Shown in pieces: positions 49,529 through 59,435 of a stretch of DNA of 64,000 nucleotides; position 1 is the stretch's first letter; each line of letters opens with the position of its first letter. Source of the DNA: an uncultured virus (IMG/VR IMGVR_UViG_3300032167_006623) (taxonomy: Duplodnaviria; Heunggongvirae; Uroviricota; Caudoviricetes). The position numbers were made by a program, and so were the translations under genes. Below the pieces are notes generated by a model. It saw only the letters and a program-made list of their open reading frames with translations, did not search any database and was not told where the DNA came from. Location: IMG/VR virus record IMGVR_UViG_3300032167_006623. One strand, written 5' to 3'.

Positions 49529-50515
49529 ATGGGAAAAACAATAAAAGCAATAGCCGACGAACTCGGCATATCCAAACAAGCTGTATACAAGCGTGTTACA
49601 GGCAAGCTTAACACCGTATGTGCTCCACATACATATATGGAGAACAACGTCATGTTTCTGGATGAAGAAGGCGAAGCTATTGTAAAAAATGATTTTAAAA
49701 ATAAACCATGTGCTACTCCCCTATTTCGTACGGAGCAAATACTTATGTCATATGGAGCTAATACGTCACCATATCCAAATCCAACGGTTCCTTACGTACA
49801 ACATACGGAACAGATACGGAATAACTCCGATAATATGCCTCAAAATCCATACGGAGCACTCCCCTATCCTACTCCGAATCAATCCATTCAATACGTATCC
49901 AATACGGAGCATATCCAAACCACTCCTGTTTCAAATACGGAACACTCCGGCATTCCTATTCAAAACACATACGGAACACCGCAGCAATTCACTCCTAATC
50001 CGTATCCCAATCCGTATACGGAGCAATCCGTATCTAATCCTAATATGGATACGCATACGGAGCAAATATCAATTCCTGATACGGAGCAAATACAACCGAC
50101 ATACGGAGCTGATACGGAAGATGTGAATTTATTACGTATGCAGCTTGAGGAAATCAAAGAAAAAAACCATGAAACTGAGATTGAACTTGTTAAAGCTAAT
50201 GCTGAAAAAGAGAAATATGAAGAAATAATCAATCAGCTTAACCAAAGACTCAAAGATAAAGATTCACAAATCATGGAACAGCGTTTGTTAATAGAAAAAA
50301 CCGACAATGAACGTAAGATTTTAACGGCTTCATTGTTTAGAAACAATGAATTTTTAAGGAAGCTATTGCAGCTGCCGTTAGCTAAACGTATTTTTGATTG
50401 GAAAAATATCCAAAAACGACTGATGACAGAGCAGGATGACATTTCAAATGACATAATAGGGGAATCAGATATTGATGTTTCACTATTTGATGAAAATATT
50501 AGTAAAAAGGATTGA
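49529..50515 (+). CDS. pSK1 Par-like HTH/coiled-coil protein
   Basis: KTIKAIADELGISKQAVYKR N-terminus resembles staphylococcal pSK1 Par; C-terminal coiled coil. Confidence 0.65.
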   Translation: MGKTIKAIADELGISKQAVYKRVTGKLNTVCAPHTYMENNVMFLDEEGEAIVKNDFKNKPCATPLFRTEQILMSYGANTSPYPNPTVPYVQHTEQIRNNSDNMPQNPYGALPYPTPNQSIQYVSNTEHIQTTPVSNTEHSGIPIQNTYGTPQQFTPNPYPNPYTEQSVSNPNMDTHTEQISIPDTEQIQPTYGADTEDVNLLRMQLEEIKEKNHETEIELVKANAEKEKYEEIINQLNQRLKDKDSQIMEQRLLIEKTDNERKILTASLFRNNEFLRKLLQLPLAKRIFDWKNIQKRLMTEQDDISNDIIGESDIDVSLFDENISKKD

Positions 50516-50880
50516 TTGGAATGTTGTTTTATACTCAAAAACATGAAATGAATTATCTATGGTTCTTTGCAAAAATGCCTCGTGATGTCTATCACAGAGC
50601 ATTGATTTATTTATTAACCTTGGATGAAGCCTGCTGTGACCATATTTCAGAGATATATGATTTTGAAAATCAGCAAATTATTCCTGAAGCATTGACAAAA
50701 CCTTGGAATACTTCAGTATCCATAAAGACAATGAGGCTTGCTTTTAATCTTTTCACAGGTCATACAAATTGGTCTGATGATAAAAGTCCTGATTTATTCA
50801 GTCCGGCTGAATTGTTTTGTTCAGAATATATGAAATATTACATTGAAGCAGTTAAAATGCGTTATCCTGAGTTTATGTAA
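50512..50880 (+). CDS. DUF6075-like protein
   Basis: DVYHRALIYLL...IYDF...WNTSVS...RLAFNLF. Confidence 0.7.
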   Translation: MIGMLFYTQKHEMNYLWFFAKMPRDVYHRALIYLLTLDEACCDHISEIYDFENQQIIPEALTKPWNTSVSIKTMRLAFNLFTGHTNWSDDKSPDLFSPAELFCSEYMKYYIEAVKMRYPEFM

Positions 50881-51109
50881 ATACGGTTTTACAACCGTTC
50901 GGGGTGTATATAAAAATGATTTTTACTTATTTTTTGATATACATTTCCTTTCGAGTAGGGAACCAGTTGCTTAAAGCAGTGGTTCCTTATTTTTTTTGGA
51001 ACACTTACGTATATTTTACGTATTTAATACGTATGCAAATTTTTTTTCATATCCAAATGCTCAGCATTTGGCGGATTTATTATAAAAAATTTGAAAGGAT
51101 TGAAATGTT

Positions 51110-51799
51110 ATGAGAATCGCTGATACTATTGATATTTTTAAAGAAACTGCAGACGCTGTGTGTGTTACTACAAATGGAATCGTTAAGCGTGACGGTTCAG
51201 CTGTAATGGGTGCAGGTATTGCAAGATTGGCTGATGCTAAATATAAGCTTGCATCAAAGCTTGGTGCAATGCTTAGAAAATCAGGCAATCATTGCTATGA
51301 TATGGGTCTTTATGATAATAAGCATATCGTTACTTTTCCAACCAAAAAACATTGGAAAGATATGAGCAGCATTACGCTCATTAAGCAAAGCTGTCATGAA
51401 CTTGTAGCTATGGCTGACAAGAACAACTGGAGTAATGTTTTGCTGCCGGCTATAGGCTGTGGTCTTGGTCAGCTTGATTTTGAGACACAGGTAAAGCCTG
51501 CAATCGAGACTATTCTTGATGACAGATTTACAATTTGTTTTCTCACCAACGCCCGCCAGTCTGATAAAGCAGGGGAGTGTGCTGATAAAAAATTCGAGCA
51601 TAACGGTTATGTGATTTCCCAGTGCGGAAGCAATCATCATGTTATGATTTCCAAGGATGGAAAGATGGTATTTCATTCACAGGTTGACCACGATATGAAC
51701 CGTGAAGAACTCATCAAAGTTTTTGACGGCTATATCGAGCTCACAAAACACATTGATTTTGCCAAAGAGTTTTACAGAAATGAAGGGAGAATAGATTAA
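51110..51799 (+). CDS. macrodomain ADP-ribose hydrolase (DarG/TARG1-like) with C-terminal extension
   Basis: VTTNG, VMGAGIA, FPTKKHW, PAIGCGLGQL. Confidence 0.85.
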   Translation: MRIADTIDIFKETADAVCVTTNGIVKRDGSAVMGAGIARLADAKYKLASKLGAMLRKSGNHCYDMGLYDNKHIVTFPTKKHWKDMSSITLIKQSCHELVAMADKNNWSNVLLPAIGCGLGQLDFETQVKPAIETILDDRFTICFLTNARQSDKAGECADKKFEHNGYVISQCGSNHHVMISKDGKMVFHSQVDHDMNREELIKVFDGYIELTKHIDFAKEFYRNEGRID

Positions 51800-51800
51800 T

Positions 51801-52046
51801 ATGAACGAATGCGCTTTTTGCAAACATATGGAGTTTCTTAAGGGTCTTGAAGAGGATTTTCAGAATAATCCGAATCGATACAATAAAGAATCCCATACTT
51901 ATGCACTCAAATCAGCATTGATTCATCAGAGCTACTATGAAGGAAGACCAACAGGTAGTTCAACTATTGAATTTTCACTTAATTTCTGTCCTGAGTGCGG
52001 CAGAAAAATCGATGAAACGGAAAAGGGAAGTGCTGTAAATGCTTAA
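51801..52046 (+). CDS. zinc-finger protein
   Basis: CAFC...FCPECGRKI. Confidence 0.7.
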   Translation: MNECAFCKHMEFLKGLEEDFQNNPNRYNKESHTYALKSALIHQSYYEGRPTGSSTIEFSLNFCPECGRKIDETEKGSAVNA

Positions 52047-52563
52047 TACACCAAAATGCTTGAATTCATACAATGATTTCAAGGTGAATGATACTGTATA
52101 TATCTATCATTCTCTTGCAAAACCTGAGCCGTTTATGCGAGGTCGTATCACTATCATTCATGAAAATGATGATTTTACAGTATCATTTTTCGTTGAATGG
52201 GAAACAGGCGATGGTAGTTGGGCTGTTCCTGAGCATGTTTTCAAGACAAAATATGATGTTCTTGATTACATAGAGCGACAAAAAGACGCTGAAAAGAATA
52301 AATACAAGGTCAATATCAGGTCTTTTGATGATTTGATTGATTTTTGTATCCAGACTATCACATATACAAATGACCCTGACTATGCTGCTATTGCGGCTAT
52401 AAAAGAAAAATACGAAGAACTCAAATCAGAAACATCTGAAACCATGATAACGCCTATCGGTATTCTGCCTATAAATGCAGACGGTATGAAAACAGTAGTA
52501 TCTGAGTTAAATAAGCTCCGGACGAAGCTTAATAATATCAGAAAATGCTGCGATAATGATTAA
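52039..52563 (+). CDS. hypothetical protein
   Basis: Shares C-terminal TPIGxLxI motif with 52584 and 53202. Confidence 0.7.
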   Translation: MLNTPKCLNSYNDFKVNDTVYIYHSLAKPEPFMRGRITIIHENDDFTVSFFVEWETGDGSWAVPEHVFKTKYDVLDYIERQKDAEKNKYKVNIRSFDDLIDFCIQTITYTNDPDYAAIAAIKEKYEELKSETSETMITPIGILPINADGMKTVVSELNKLRTKLNNIRKCCDND

Positions 52564-52583
52564 TTTTGAAAGGATTTGATACT

Positions 52584-52952
52584 ATGTCAACAATAACAAT
52601 GGAACATTCCAAGTATTCCGTAAACATTACCAATGAAACCACTATGGAATATCGCATCACACGAGGTGATGAAGATGTAACAAAGGCTCTTGACAGCAAT
52701 TTTGCAAGAGATATGATTTATGAAATTGCAAAGCTCAGAGAAGAAAATGAGCGTCTCAGAACTGCTGTCAATGCTGAAATTACAAATCCTGCAATTATGA
52801 CAAGTCCGATAGGGGATTTGACTATTGATTCAGCAGGTATGCGTAAAGCCATCGATACAATCGACGCTCTTCAGAAAAAACTCAAGCAGGTTGAATCAGC
52901 GGCAGGTTATCTTCAGTATGTGCTGAATGATAACAAAGCAGATAACACTTGA
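52584..52952 (+). CDS. hypothetical protein (paralog of 53202)
   Basis: MTSPIGDLTIDSAGMRKAID. Confidence 0.7.
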   Translation: MSTITMEHSKYSVNITNETTMEYRITRGDEDVTKALDSNFARDMIYEIAKLREENERLRTAVNAEITNPAIMTSPIGDLTIDSAGMRKAIDTIDALQKKLKQVESAAGYLQYVLNDNKADNT

Positions 52953-52969
52953 TAACGAAAGGAGTCCAT

Positions 52970-53170
52970 ATGAGATTCACAAATTTGTTCATCGGATATA
53001 ACGAAATCGAAGACTTCCGTATTCTCATCTGTGCATTTGACACAGAAGAAGCAAGCGAACTTGCTGAAGAATACCGTGTTGATTCAAATATGGACGGACA
53101 TTTCGATATATCCGAACCGACAATGTCTATTGACAACACGCATTTTGACTGTGATTACGTTATTTCGTAA
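52970..53170 (+). CDS. small acidic protein
   Basis: AAGGAG RBS. Confidence 0.65.
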   Translation: MRFTNLFIGYNEIEDFRILICAFDTEEASELAEEYRVDSNMDGHFDISEPTMSIDNTHFDCDYVIS

Positions 53171-53201
53171 GCATTGAAAAAAGCAGAAAAGGAGAATATC
53201 T

Positions 53202-53573
53202 ATGAGCATATCCAATGAAATTGAGCATGGTTATACGGTTGAATTAAAAACCGACCGTATAATTCCTCAGAACCCGTCATATCGCATTACACAGAACGAT
53301 GTTGATGTTACAGCACGCTTTGAAAATTCTTTTACAGAGGCTATTATTAATGCATATTTTAATGAAAAACACGCTAATAGCATCTTGGAGAACAAGAATA
53401 AAAGGCTCACTGAAACAATTGAGACCTATTCTTCCAAAGCAGCTGTCATGACGAGTCCAATCGGCGATTTGACCGTTGATTCAGCAGGTATGAGAAAAGC
53501 AATTGATGAAATCGCTCATCTCAGAAGCGTAATCGCTGATATCAAAACCATTTGTAATATGAATTTACAGTAA
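53202..53573 (+). CDS. hypothetical protein (paralog of 52584)
   Basis: MTSPIGDLTVDSAGMRKAID. Confidence 0.7.
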   Translation: MSISNEIEHGYTVELKTDRIIPQNPSYRITQNDVDVTARFENSFTEAIINAYFNEKHANSILENKNKRLTETIETYSSKAAVMTSPIGDLTVDSAGMRKAIDEIAHLRSVIADIKTICNMNLQ

Positions 53574-53787
53574 AATACGAGGTGATATCATGAATAAAAT
53601 AGTAAGAAACGATGTAACAAGACTTGATAATACTTGTATTCATCGCCAGAATGGTTGCTGCATCAAATGTGGTGAAAGCTGCCCCGGAATAGTAAAATAC
53701 AGTGAAAATAACGATAATAACCTGCCTTGTGATATGGTTGGTTATGAACCCACTGATGAATCGCTGTAAACAGAAAGGACAAACATC

Positions 53788-53982
53788 ATGACCAAAGTAA
53801 AATTCTTTTGGAATAATTCACAAGAAGCTCTTGAAGCTGATGTCAATAAATTTATTGAACAGCTTGAGATTAAGCATTTTGCCGTGAATGTTGTGAGCAT
53901 TTCTTATTCTACAAGCAAAACTGTTTCGAATTATCAGATTGACCACCATTGTTGTTTATGCTATCGTTGTGAAAATATGTAA
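53788..53982 (+). CDS. small hypothetical protein
   Basis: AAAGGA RBS; KVKFF...LEADVNKFI. Confidence 0.6.
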   Translation: MTKVKFFWNNSQEALEADVNKFIEQLEIKHFAVNVVSISYSTSKTVSNYQIDHHCCLCYRCENM

Positions 53983-54031
53983 TTGCTTTGCAATCGGTTT
54001 GTCTCTAAAATCATGAAAAGGAGAATATGGT

Positions 54032-54502
54032 ATGTCAAAAGTATTTATTTCGGGAACAGCAGGTTTTGGAACAGGGAATAAACTCACATCACTTCCTCAG
54101 CCTGTTATGGATATGCTTATGAAGTTAATCCATGATGGTGATGAAATCCTTGTGGGTGATTGTCAGGGTGTTGATACTCTTGTTCAGGAAGTCCTTAAGC
54201 GAGCTAAATATCCTAATGTAACAGTATATTGCTCAGGTTCTACTTGTCGCAATGTTCTTAATTCAAGTTGGCCTGTAAAGCATATTCAGGTTCCAAGAGG
54301 ATACACAGGTAGAGCGTTTTATGCTGTTAAAGATAACGCAATGGCTATAGCTGCTGATTCGGGCATTGCTATTTGGGACGGCAAGTCTGTTGGTACAGGT
54401 AATAACATCAAAAACCTCACTTTCAGAGGCAAAACTGTTACTGTATTCCGTACGGACTTGAATAAAATCGAATGTCATCAGCCTAAAACGCTTGGTGAAT
54501 AA
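54032..54502 (+). CDS. SLOG-superfamily (DprA/YAcAr-like Rossmann) protein
   Basis: VFISG, VGDCQGVD, KDNAM, AIWDGKSVGT. Confidence 0.7.
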   Translation: MSKVFISGTAGFGTGNKLTSLPQPVMDMLMKLIHDGDEILVGDCQGVDTLVQEVLKRAKYPNVTVYCSGSTCRNVLNSSWPVKHIQVPRGYTGRAFYAVKDNAMAIAADSGIAIWDGKSVGTGNNIKNLTFRGKTVTVFRTDLNKIECHQPKTLGE

Positions 54503-54554
54503 ACAAAAGCCAGCCTTTACGGCTGGCACTTTTTTATAGAAAGGACGATGAAAT

Positions 54555-55217
54555 ATGCATAGAAGCAAATATTATGCCGTTAAAAACGGCAGAAAACCCG
54601 GTGTATATACAACATGGGCTGATTGTCAGAAGCAGGTTAATGGCTATCCTAATGCTATTTTCAAGAGCTTTCATACAGACTGGGAAGCCGAAGCTTATAT
54701 CAATAGCAAACCGTCTGTTGAACAGGAAAACAAACAGTTCATTTATGACAGCCTTGCTGAATATACTTCTGAAATGTTCATTAAGGTTTCAGCAGAAATG
54801 TCTGATACAGCTTTTTGCTTTGTAGACGGCAGTAATATAAAGAGTGAAGCCTATTCTTACGGTCTTATCATGTTCTTCAACGGCGAGATGATTACACGTA
54901 AAGGTGTCGGCTCTAATAAAGCACATGGACAGTTCAACAATGTAGCAGGAGAATTGCTTGGTGCAATTCATGCTGTTCACTTGGCTGAAGAGAAGGGTGC
55001 CAAAGCTCTTGTTATCTATCATGACTATGAAGGCATCAGAGCATGGGCTAACAAAGATTGGACTGCTAAGATTGAAATGGCAGTCAATTATGCCGATTTG
55101 GTTCGTGACAAGCGAGATATTATGACCATTGACTTTGTCAAAGTTGCGGGTCATACAGGTGTTCCTGTGAATGAAATGGTTGATAAGCTTGCTAAATCAG
55201 CTCTTAATATAAAATGA
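54555..55217 (+). CDS. ribonuclease H with N-terminal hybrid-binding domain
   Basis: YYAVKNGRKPGVYTTWADC; FVDGS, NVAGE, YHDYEG, KVAGHTG...NEMVDKLAK. Confidence 0.9.
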   Translation: MHRSKYYAVKNGRKPGVYTTWADCQKQVNGYPNAIFKSFHTDWEAEAYINSKPSVEQENKQFIYDSLAEYTSEMFIKVSAEMSDTAFCFVDGSNIKSEAYSYGLIMFFNGEMITRKGVGSNKAHGQFNNVAGELLGAIHAVHLAEEKGAKALVIYHDYEGIRAWANKDWTAKIEMAVNYADLVRDKRDIMTIDFVKVAGHTGVPVNEMVDKLAKSALNIK

Positions 55218-55327
55218 TTCAGCCAATTCTATAATAATTTCTGCTTTATCATCTTTATTATCATCTCTTTTAACATAACTCCGTTATGTCGGACTTGTAA
55301 TAAAAATTTTATAAGGAGAGATTTGTA

Positions 55328-55753
55328 ATGGCAAGCTTCAGAGGAGAAAAATACTTTTTAAGCAATATGTACCCATGTCCTGTGACTATTAAGATTAAAG
55401 GTGAGCTTATTACCTTTAAAAGCTCTGAGTCCGTATTTCAGGCACTTCGCAGCCCTGACCGTCTCAGAGAATTTATTCCGCTCAATGGCTTTGAAGCGAA
55501 AAAACACGCTAAAAGCTGTACACGTCGTGCTGATTGGTTTGATGTGAGCCTTGATGTAATGATGTATGCACTCAGATGCAAATTTACCCAAAATCCTGAC
55601 CTTGCGGCAAAGCTCATAGCCATTGATGATGACATTGTGGAAATCAATGAATGGCATGATACTTTTTGGGGCGTTTGTAATGGAGTAGGGGAGAACCATT
55701 TGGGCAAATTGCTTATGCAGCTCAGAGACGAGCTTCGAGCAGCGGCTCATTAA
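55328..55753 (+). CDS. NADAR (YbiA-like) family protein
   Basis: FLSNMYP, ESVFQA, KFTQNPDL, DTFWG, GENHLGKLLM. Confidence 0.9.
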   Translation: MASFRGEKYFLSNMYPCPVTIKIKGELITFKSSESVFQALRSPDRLREFIPLNGFEAKKHAKSCTRRADWFDVSLDVMMYALRCKFTQNPDLAAKLIAIDDDIVEINEWHDTFWGVCNGVGENHLGKLLMQLRDELRAAAH

Positions 55754-55803
55754 GCTATAATCACGGCTATCTTAGCCGTGATTCATTTTAATATGAAAGG
55801 ATA

Positions 55804-56259
55804 TTGACTATGAAATTTGAACACACTATTGAAGCTTTGAGACTTTGTTCTCAGAATTATGACAACTGTAAAGATTGTCCATATGAAAACATCGAACGCT
55901 GCACTGAGCACCTGCATTTCAATGCTCTCATTGAAATCAAGCACGTATCTGCGAAAATCAAAGAATCAAACCCTGATTTCTTTGAGAATTTATCGCAGGA
56001 AACAGCTCAGCTTTACAACCGAGTTAATCGCAGCTTGGATGCTTGTCAGACATTGAGACATTGTGGACGCTGTGATTATTCAAACGGCTGCAGCAATTAT
56101 TCATCTCATAATGGTGAACGTGCATTACGAGCTGATACACTGACAATACTTACGGAATTACATTCCACATATGATGAACTATGTGATGAAAAAGAAGTTT
56201 TGAATGTTATTGAATTCAAACATCAATATACGAAGATGCGGAGGTATAAAAATGTTTGA
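55804..56259 (+). CDS. Cys-rich hypothetical protein
   Basis: Two CxxCxY repeats. Confidence 0.65.
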   Translation: MTMKFEHTIEALRLCSQNYDNCKDCPYENIERCTEHLHFNALIEIKHVSAKIKESNPDFFENLSQETAQLYNRVNRSLDACQTLRHCGRCDYSNGCSNYSSHNGERALRADTLTILTELHSTYDELCDEKEVLNVIEFKHQYTKMRRYKNV

Positions 56260-56455
56260 AAATATCAAAAAATTCATTGAAGAAACCGAAACAATCAAAA
56301 ATAAGATAGAACAGACATCAGAACAGCTCACAGACGAAGAAACAGATTGTTTCGAATATATGCATTTTCATATCGCAAAAGCACTCATACGTGATTTGGG
56401 CAAAAAGGATTCGTCTAAAATCGCAAAAATAATTCTTACCTTGATGGAAGAATAA
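56252..56455 (+). CDS. small hypothetical protein
   Basis: GGAGG RBS. Confidence 0.6.
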   Translation: MFENIKKFIEETETIKNKIEQTSEQLTDEETDCFEYMHFHIAKALIRDLGKKDSSKIAKIILTLMEE

Positions 56456-56555
56456 AAATTTTCACTTCATGGCAAGCAGTTGCTTGTAACTGCCAGAATT
56501 TCAATAAAATAGTCAGCTGTAAAGACGTTAAAAACAGAGAAAAGAGGAATCCATC

Positions 56556-56786
56556 ATGGCTTATGTATCTGAAGAACAGTATAACTACATTCGCAACAAT
56601 CGTGACATCATTGACGGTTGTCTTAATCGCATTGCTGTTACCGATGAACCCGCTGAAATTGAACAGCAGCTTGAAACCCTCAAGCATTACATCGAACAGT
56701 ATGCCGAGCGCAATCGTGAACGAATTCGAGGTGAATTCAAGCCTGAACCCATTCGTTCAATCTCTGATGACGGTCTTGATTTTTAA
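56556..56786 (+). CDS. small protein ending SDDGLDF
   Basis: Preceded by hairpin element, leader motif and GAGG. Confidence 0.75.
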   Translation: MAYVSEEQYNYIRNNRDIIDGCLNRIAVTDEPAEIEQQLETLKHYIEQYAERNRERIRGEFKPEPIRSISDDGLDF

Positions 56787-56819
56787 GAACAACCCTGCTG
56801 TAATACAGCAGGGTTTTTA

Positions 56820-56997
56820 ATATCACTCACGTGATATCGGATTTATATTAAAAAATAACGTTGAAAACAATCATGAATGATTGTCGGAAATGTTATAAAC
56901 AATAATTTTTCCGAAAAATAATGACTGAAAACAGTCATCGGGAAAGTTATAAAAGAACCACGAAAAACAGTTTCACAACTGTCGGAATGGTAATAAA
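56820..56997 (+). repeat. four tandem hairpin-CGG-N9-AAA elements
   Basis: At 56820, 56867, 56921 and 56967; different stems, same architecture. Confidence 0.8.
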
Positions 56998-57045
56998 AAA
57001 TCAGAGGTAACAATGCCTCACAACTTTGAAAGGAAGTATAATTTT

Positions 57046-57342
57046 ATGAAAACTTTTATCGTATCTACAAAGATGATTATTGCCAAGAACATTGCATGTA
57101 AAGCTCTCAAGGCTGCTGACAACAATGACGTTACACACGGTCTTTACAAGAAGGCGTGTATGGACGGCGGCAAGATTGTAATCACAAACATTGCAGAAAT
57201 GCAGGCATGGCAGACAGCTATCAGCGCTTACAAGGCAGCTAACACTACTGAAGGCAAGGTTCTCAGAGTGCTTAAGAGAAATGCTACACTTGGTCTTAAG
57301 AGCCGTCTTGACGCAGCTACAACTCCTGCTACAGCTGCATAA
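57046..57342 (+). CDS. hypothetical protein
   Basis: AAAGGA RBS; N-terminus resembles 58170. Confidence 0.7.
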   Translation: MKTFIVSTKMIIAKNIACKALKAADNNDVTHGLYKKACMDGGKIVITNIAEMQAWQTAISAYKAANTTEGKVLRVLKRNATLGLKSRLDAATTPATAA

Positions 57343-57650
57343 CAACAAATCAACCAACCGTTTAACGGTTGGTTGATTTTTTTTCTTTGTTTGACAGCAG
57401 TCTACTGCAAATCTCCGCTTGCAGACAAGCTTTGATAATTGACCTGATGAATCAGGTCATTGCTTAACAAAACTCACGAGGGTGAGTATTGTTAAGCAAC
57501 ACAGCTATCATTATGTATTCATGACATTAGGATAATATTTTGATTAACGCTTTGCGATTATTTTCTCCAAAAAAACAGACTCCGTCTGTCTGATTTTCAA
57601 TAAAATAGTCAGCTGTAAAGACGTTAAAACAGAGAAACGGAGAGAATACT

Positions 57651-58022
57651 ATGAGAAATTTTGAAAATATGGAAGCAATTGCAACAGAAATCGAAGCAAT
57701 TATTTCAAGAGAAGGGGAGTATCAGAATGAAAATATTGATACCAATGCACCTCTTTTCTTACAGATTGCAAGAAATACACAGGACAAAAAGGCTGTGATT
57801 GAACACATAACAGCTGCATTGACTAACGATAAGCATGAAATTGATGAAATCTATCATTATCTTGAATATAGTGAAGATGAAATAGCATCTGATTACGAGT
57901 TTGAAAAGCATACAAACAACAATGTATCAGATGAAACAGCTAATCGTTTTGCAGCAATAGAACGCATAATCACAGCTGTTGAGGATTGTGGTAAGAAGCT
58001 TCTTGCCACAATTTCTGAATAA
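57651..58022 (+). CDS. acidic hypothetical protein
   Basis: Hairpin element, leader motif, GGAG RBS. Confidence 0.75.
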   Translation: MRNFENMEAIATEIEAIISREGEYQNENIDTNAPLFLQIARNTQDKKAVIEHITAALTNDKHEIDEIYHYLEYSEDEIASDYEFEKHTNNNVSDETANRFAAIERIITAVEDCGKKLLATISE

Positions 58023-58169
58023 AACAATCAAAAAAAACTAATCAGAAGCTCACGCTTCTGATTAGTTTTCCATAGTCTCTGACAGCAAGCGTGACCGCTT
58101 GCCGGATTTGCAATAAAAAGAATAATTGTCAGCTGTAAAGACGTTAAAACAGAGAAAAGAGGAAATGTT

Positions 58170-58472
58170 ATGTTTGTTATTTTTGTAAAAAATTTCATCG
58201 CAAAATGCGTAGTTTTCAATGCACTTAAGTCATACATTGACAATGAAACAGCTGTTGCTCTTCGCAAGAAAGCCCGTGAACAGTGTGATTCAGGCGAATT
58301 TGTACTTGACACATTTGTTGAAGTAGAAGAATGGAATAAGATTCTGCTTGCTTATAACCCTAAGACTAAGGCAGAACAGACCGTTCGTGAAGCAATGCTC
58401 AGAAGTGTCACAAACGAAATCGAAGATGTCAAGTGTATAGAGCTTGACTGGCGTTATGCTTGTATGGATTAA
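58170..58472 (+). CDS. hypothetical protein
   Basis: Hairpin element, leader motif, GAGG RBS. Confidence 0.75.
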   Translation: MFVIFVKNFIAKCVVFNALKSYIDNETAVALRKKAREQCDSGEFVLDTFVEVEEWNKILLAYNPKTKAEQTVREAMLRSVTNEIEDVKCIELDWRYACMD

Positions 58473-58486
58473 GAAAGGATGGGACT

Positions 58487-58882
58487 ATGAAAAATTTTAC
58501 TACAACGGCTAAAATGAGCTATGATGAACTCAAAGGGGTGTTCCCTATGGAAGAAAGCTTCACTGTCAACAATATTGATATTGAATATCTTGGCATCACC
58601 TTTGACGGTGAAATGGCTTATGAATTTGATGGTCTTATTGTTGACAGAGACCGCCTTTTGGAGCTGATTTATGCAATGTGTCTTGCTGATGACATCATGC
58701 TTGATAAAGGCGTTCTGCTCACAGAAGCCACTGAAACTGATGATTTCAGCTTTATTGAAGAACTTCAGAAGCTTGTTTCAAAGCTTGAAACATTTGAATT
58801 CTGTCAGCCAAGAACAGAAGCTCTGGATGAAATTATCAGACTTGCCAGAAAATATGACAGAATACCATCTGTCGAATTGTAA
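58487..58882 (+). CDS. acidic hypothetical protein
   Basis: AAAGGA RBS. Confidence 0.7.
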   Translation: MKNFTTTAKMSYDELKGVFPMEESFTVNNIDIEYLGITFDGEMAYEFDGLIVDRDRLLELIYAMCLADDIMLDKGVLLTEATETDDFSFIEELQKLVSKLETFEFCQPRTEALDEIIRLARKYDRIPSVEL

Positions 58883-59024
58883 CAAATAAAAATCAGAAGC
58901 GAAAAAGGCTTCTGATTTTTTATTTTAAGCCTTACGGCAAGCAGTTGTGAACAACTGCCGGGATTTCAATAAAAAGAACAATTGTCAGCTGCAAAGACGT
59001 TAAAACAGAGAAATGAGGAAATGT

Positions 59025-59435
59025 ATGTATACTTTTAAAATTGAAAATATGACCAAGGATGCAATTCTTGAAGCAATGATTGCTGCTTATAACGAACACA
59101 AGGGTCGTTTTGCAATCAAGCTTTCCGAAGAAGAAACAGCTTTCGTCAGAGCTTTTGAATACAAGCCTGACCACAAAGACTGTGAATGGTTCTTTGTAGA
59201 CGGTACTGAGTATCCATGGGTAAGCGATGATAGTCTTGAAAAGCTTGCTGGTTACTTTGCAAACTATAGCAAAGAAAAGGCAGAGCTTGCTGAAGAAAAG
59301 GCTAAGCTCAGAGCTTATGCAGAGGAACTTAAGGCAATTACTGATAAAAATTCCGAAGAATACCGTGAAAAATTCGGATATTACAGTGATTGGCATAAGG
59401 ACCTGTACGGCAGACGTCCCAGAAACATCATATGA
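59025..59435 (+). CDS. hypothetical protein
   Basis: Hairpin element and leader motif; YSDWHKDLYGRRPR C-terminus. Confidence 0.75.
   Translation: MYTFKIENMTKDAILEAMIAAYNEHKGRFAIKLSEEETAFVRAFEYKPDHKDCEWFFVDGTEYPWVSDDSLEKLAGYFANYSKEKAELAEEKAKLRAYAEELKAITDKNSEEYREKFGYYSDWHKDLYGRRPRNII

Noticed and set aside
56820..56997. Tandem hairpins as a CRISPR array or terminators
   Set aside because: Stem sequences are not conserved and the hairpins are followed by CGG, not a T tract
57439..57500. CTGATGA as a hammerhead ribozyme core
   Set aside because: It lies inside a simple hairpin (TGACCTGAT/ATCAGGTCA) and no matching GAAA/stem layout was found
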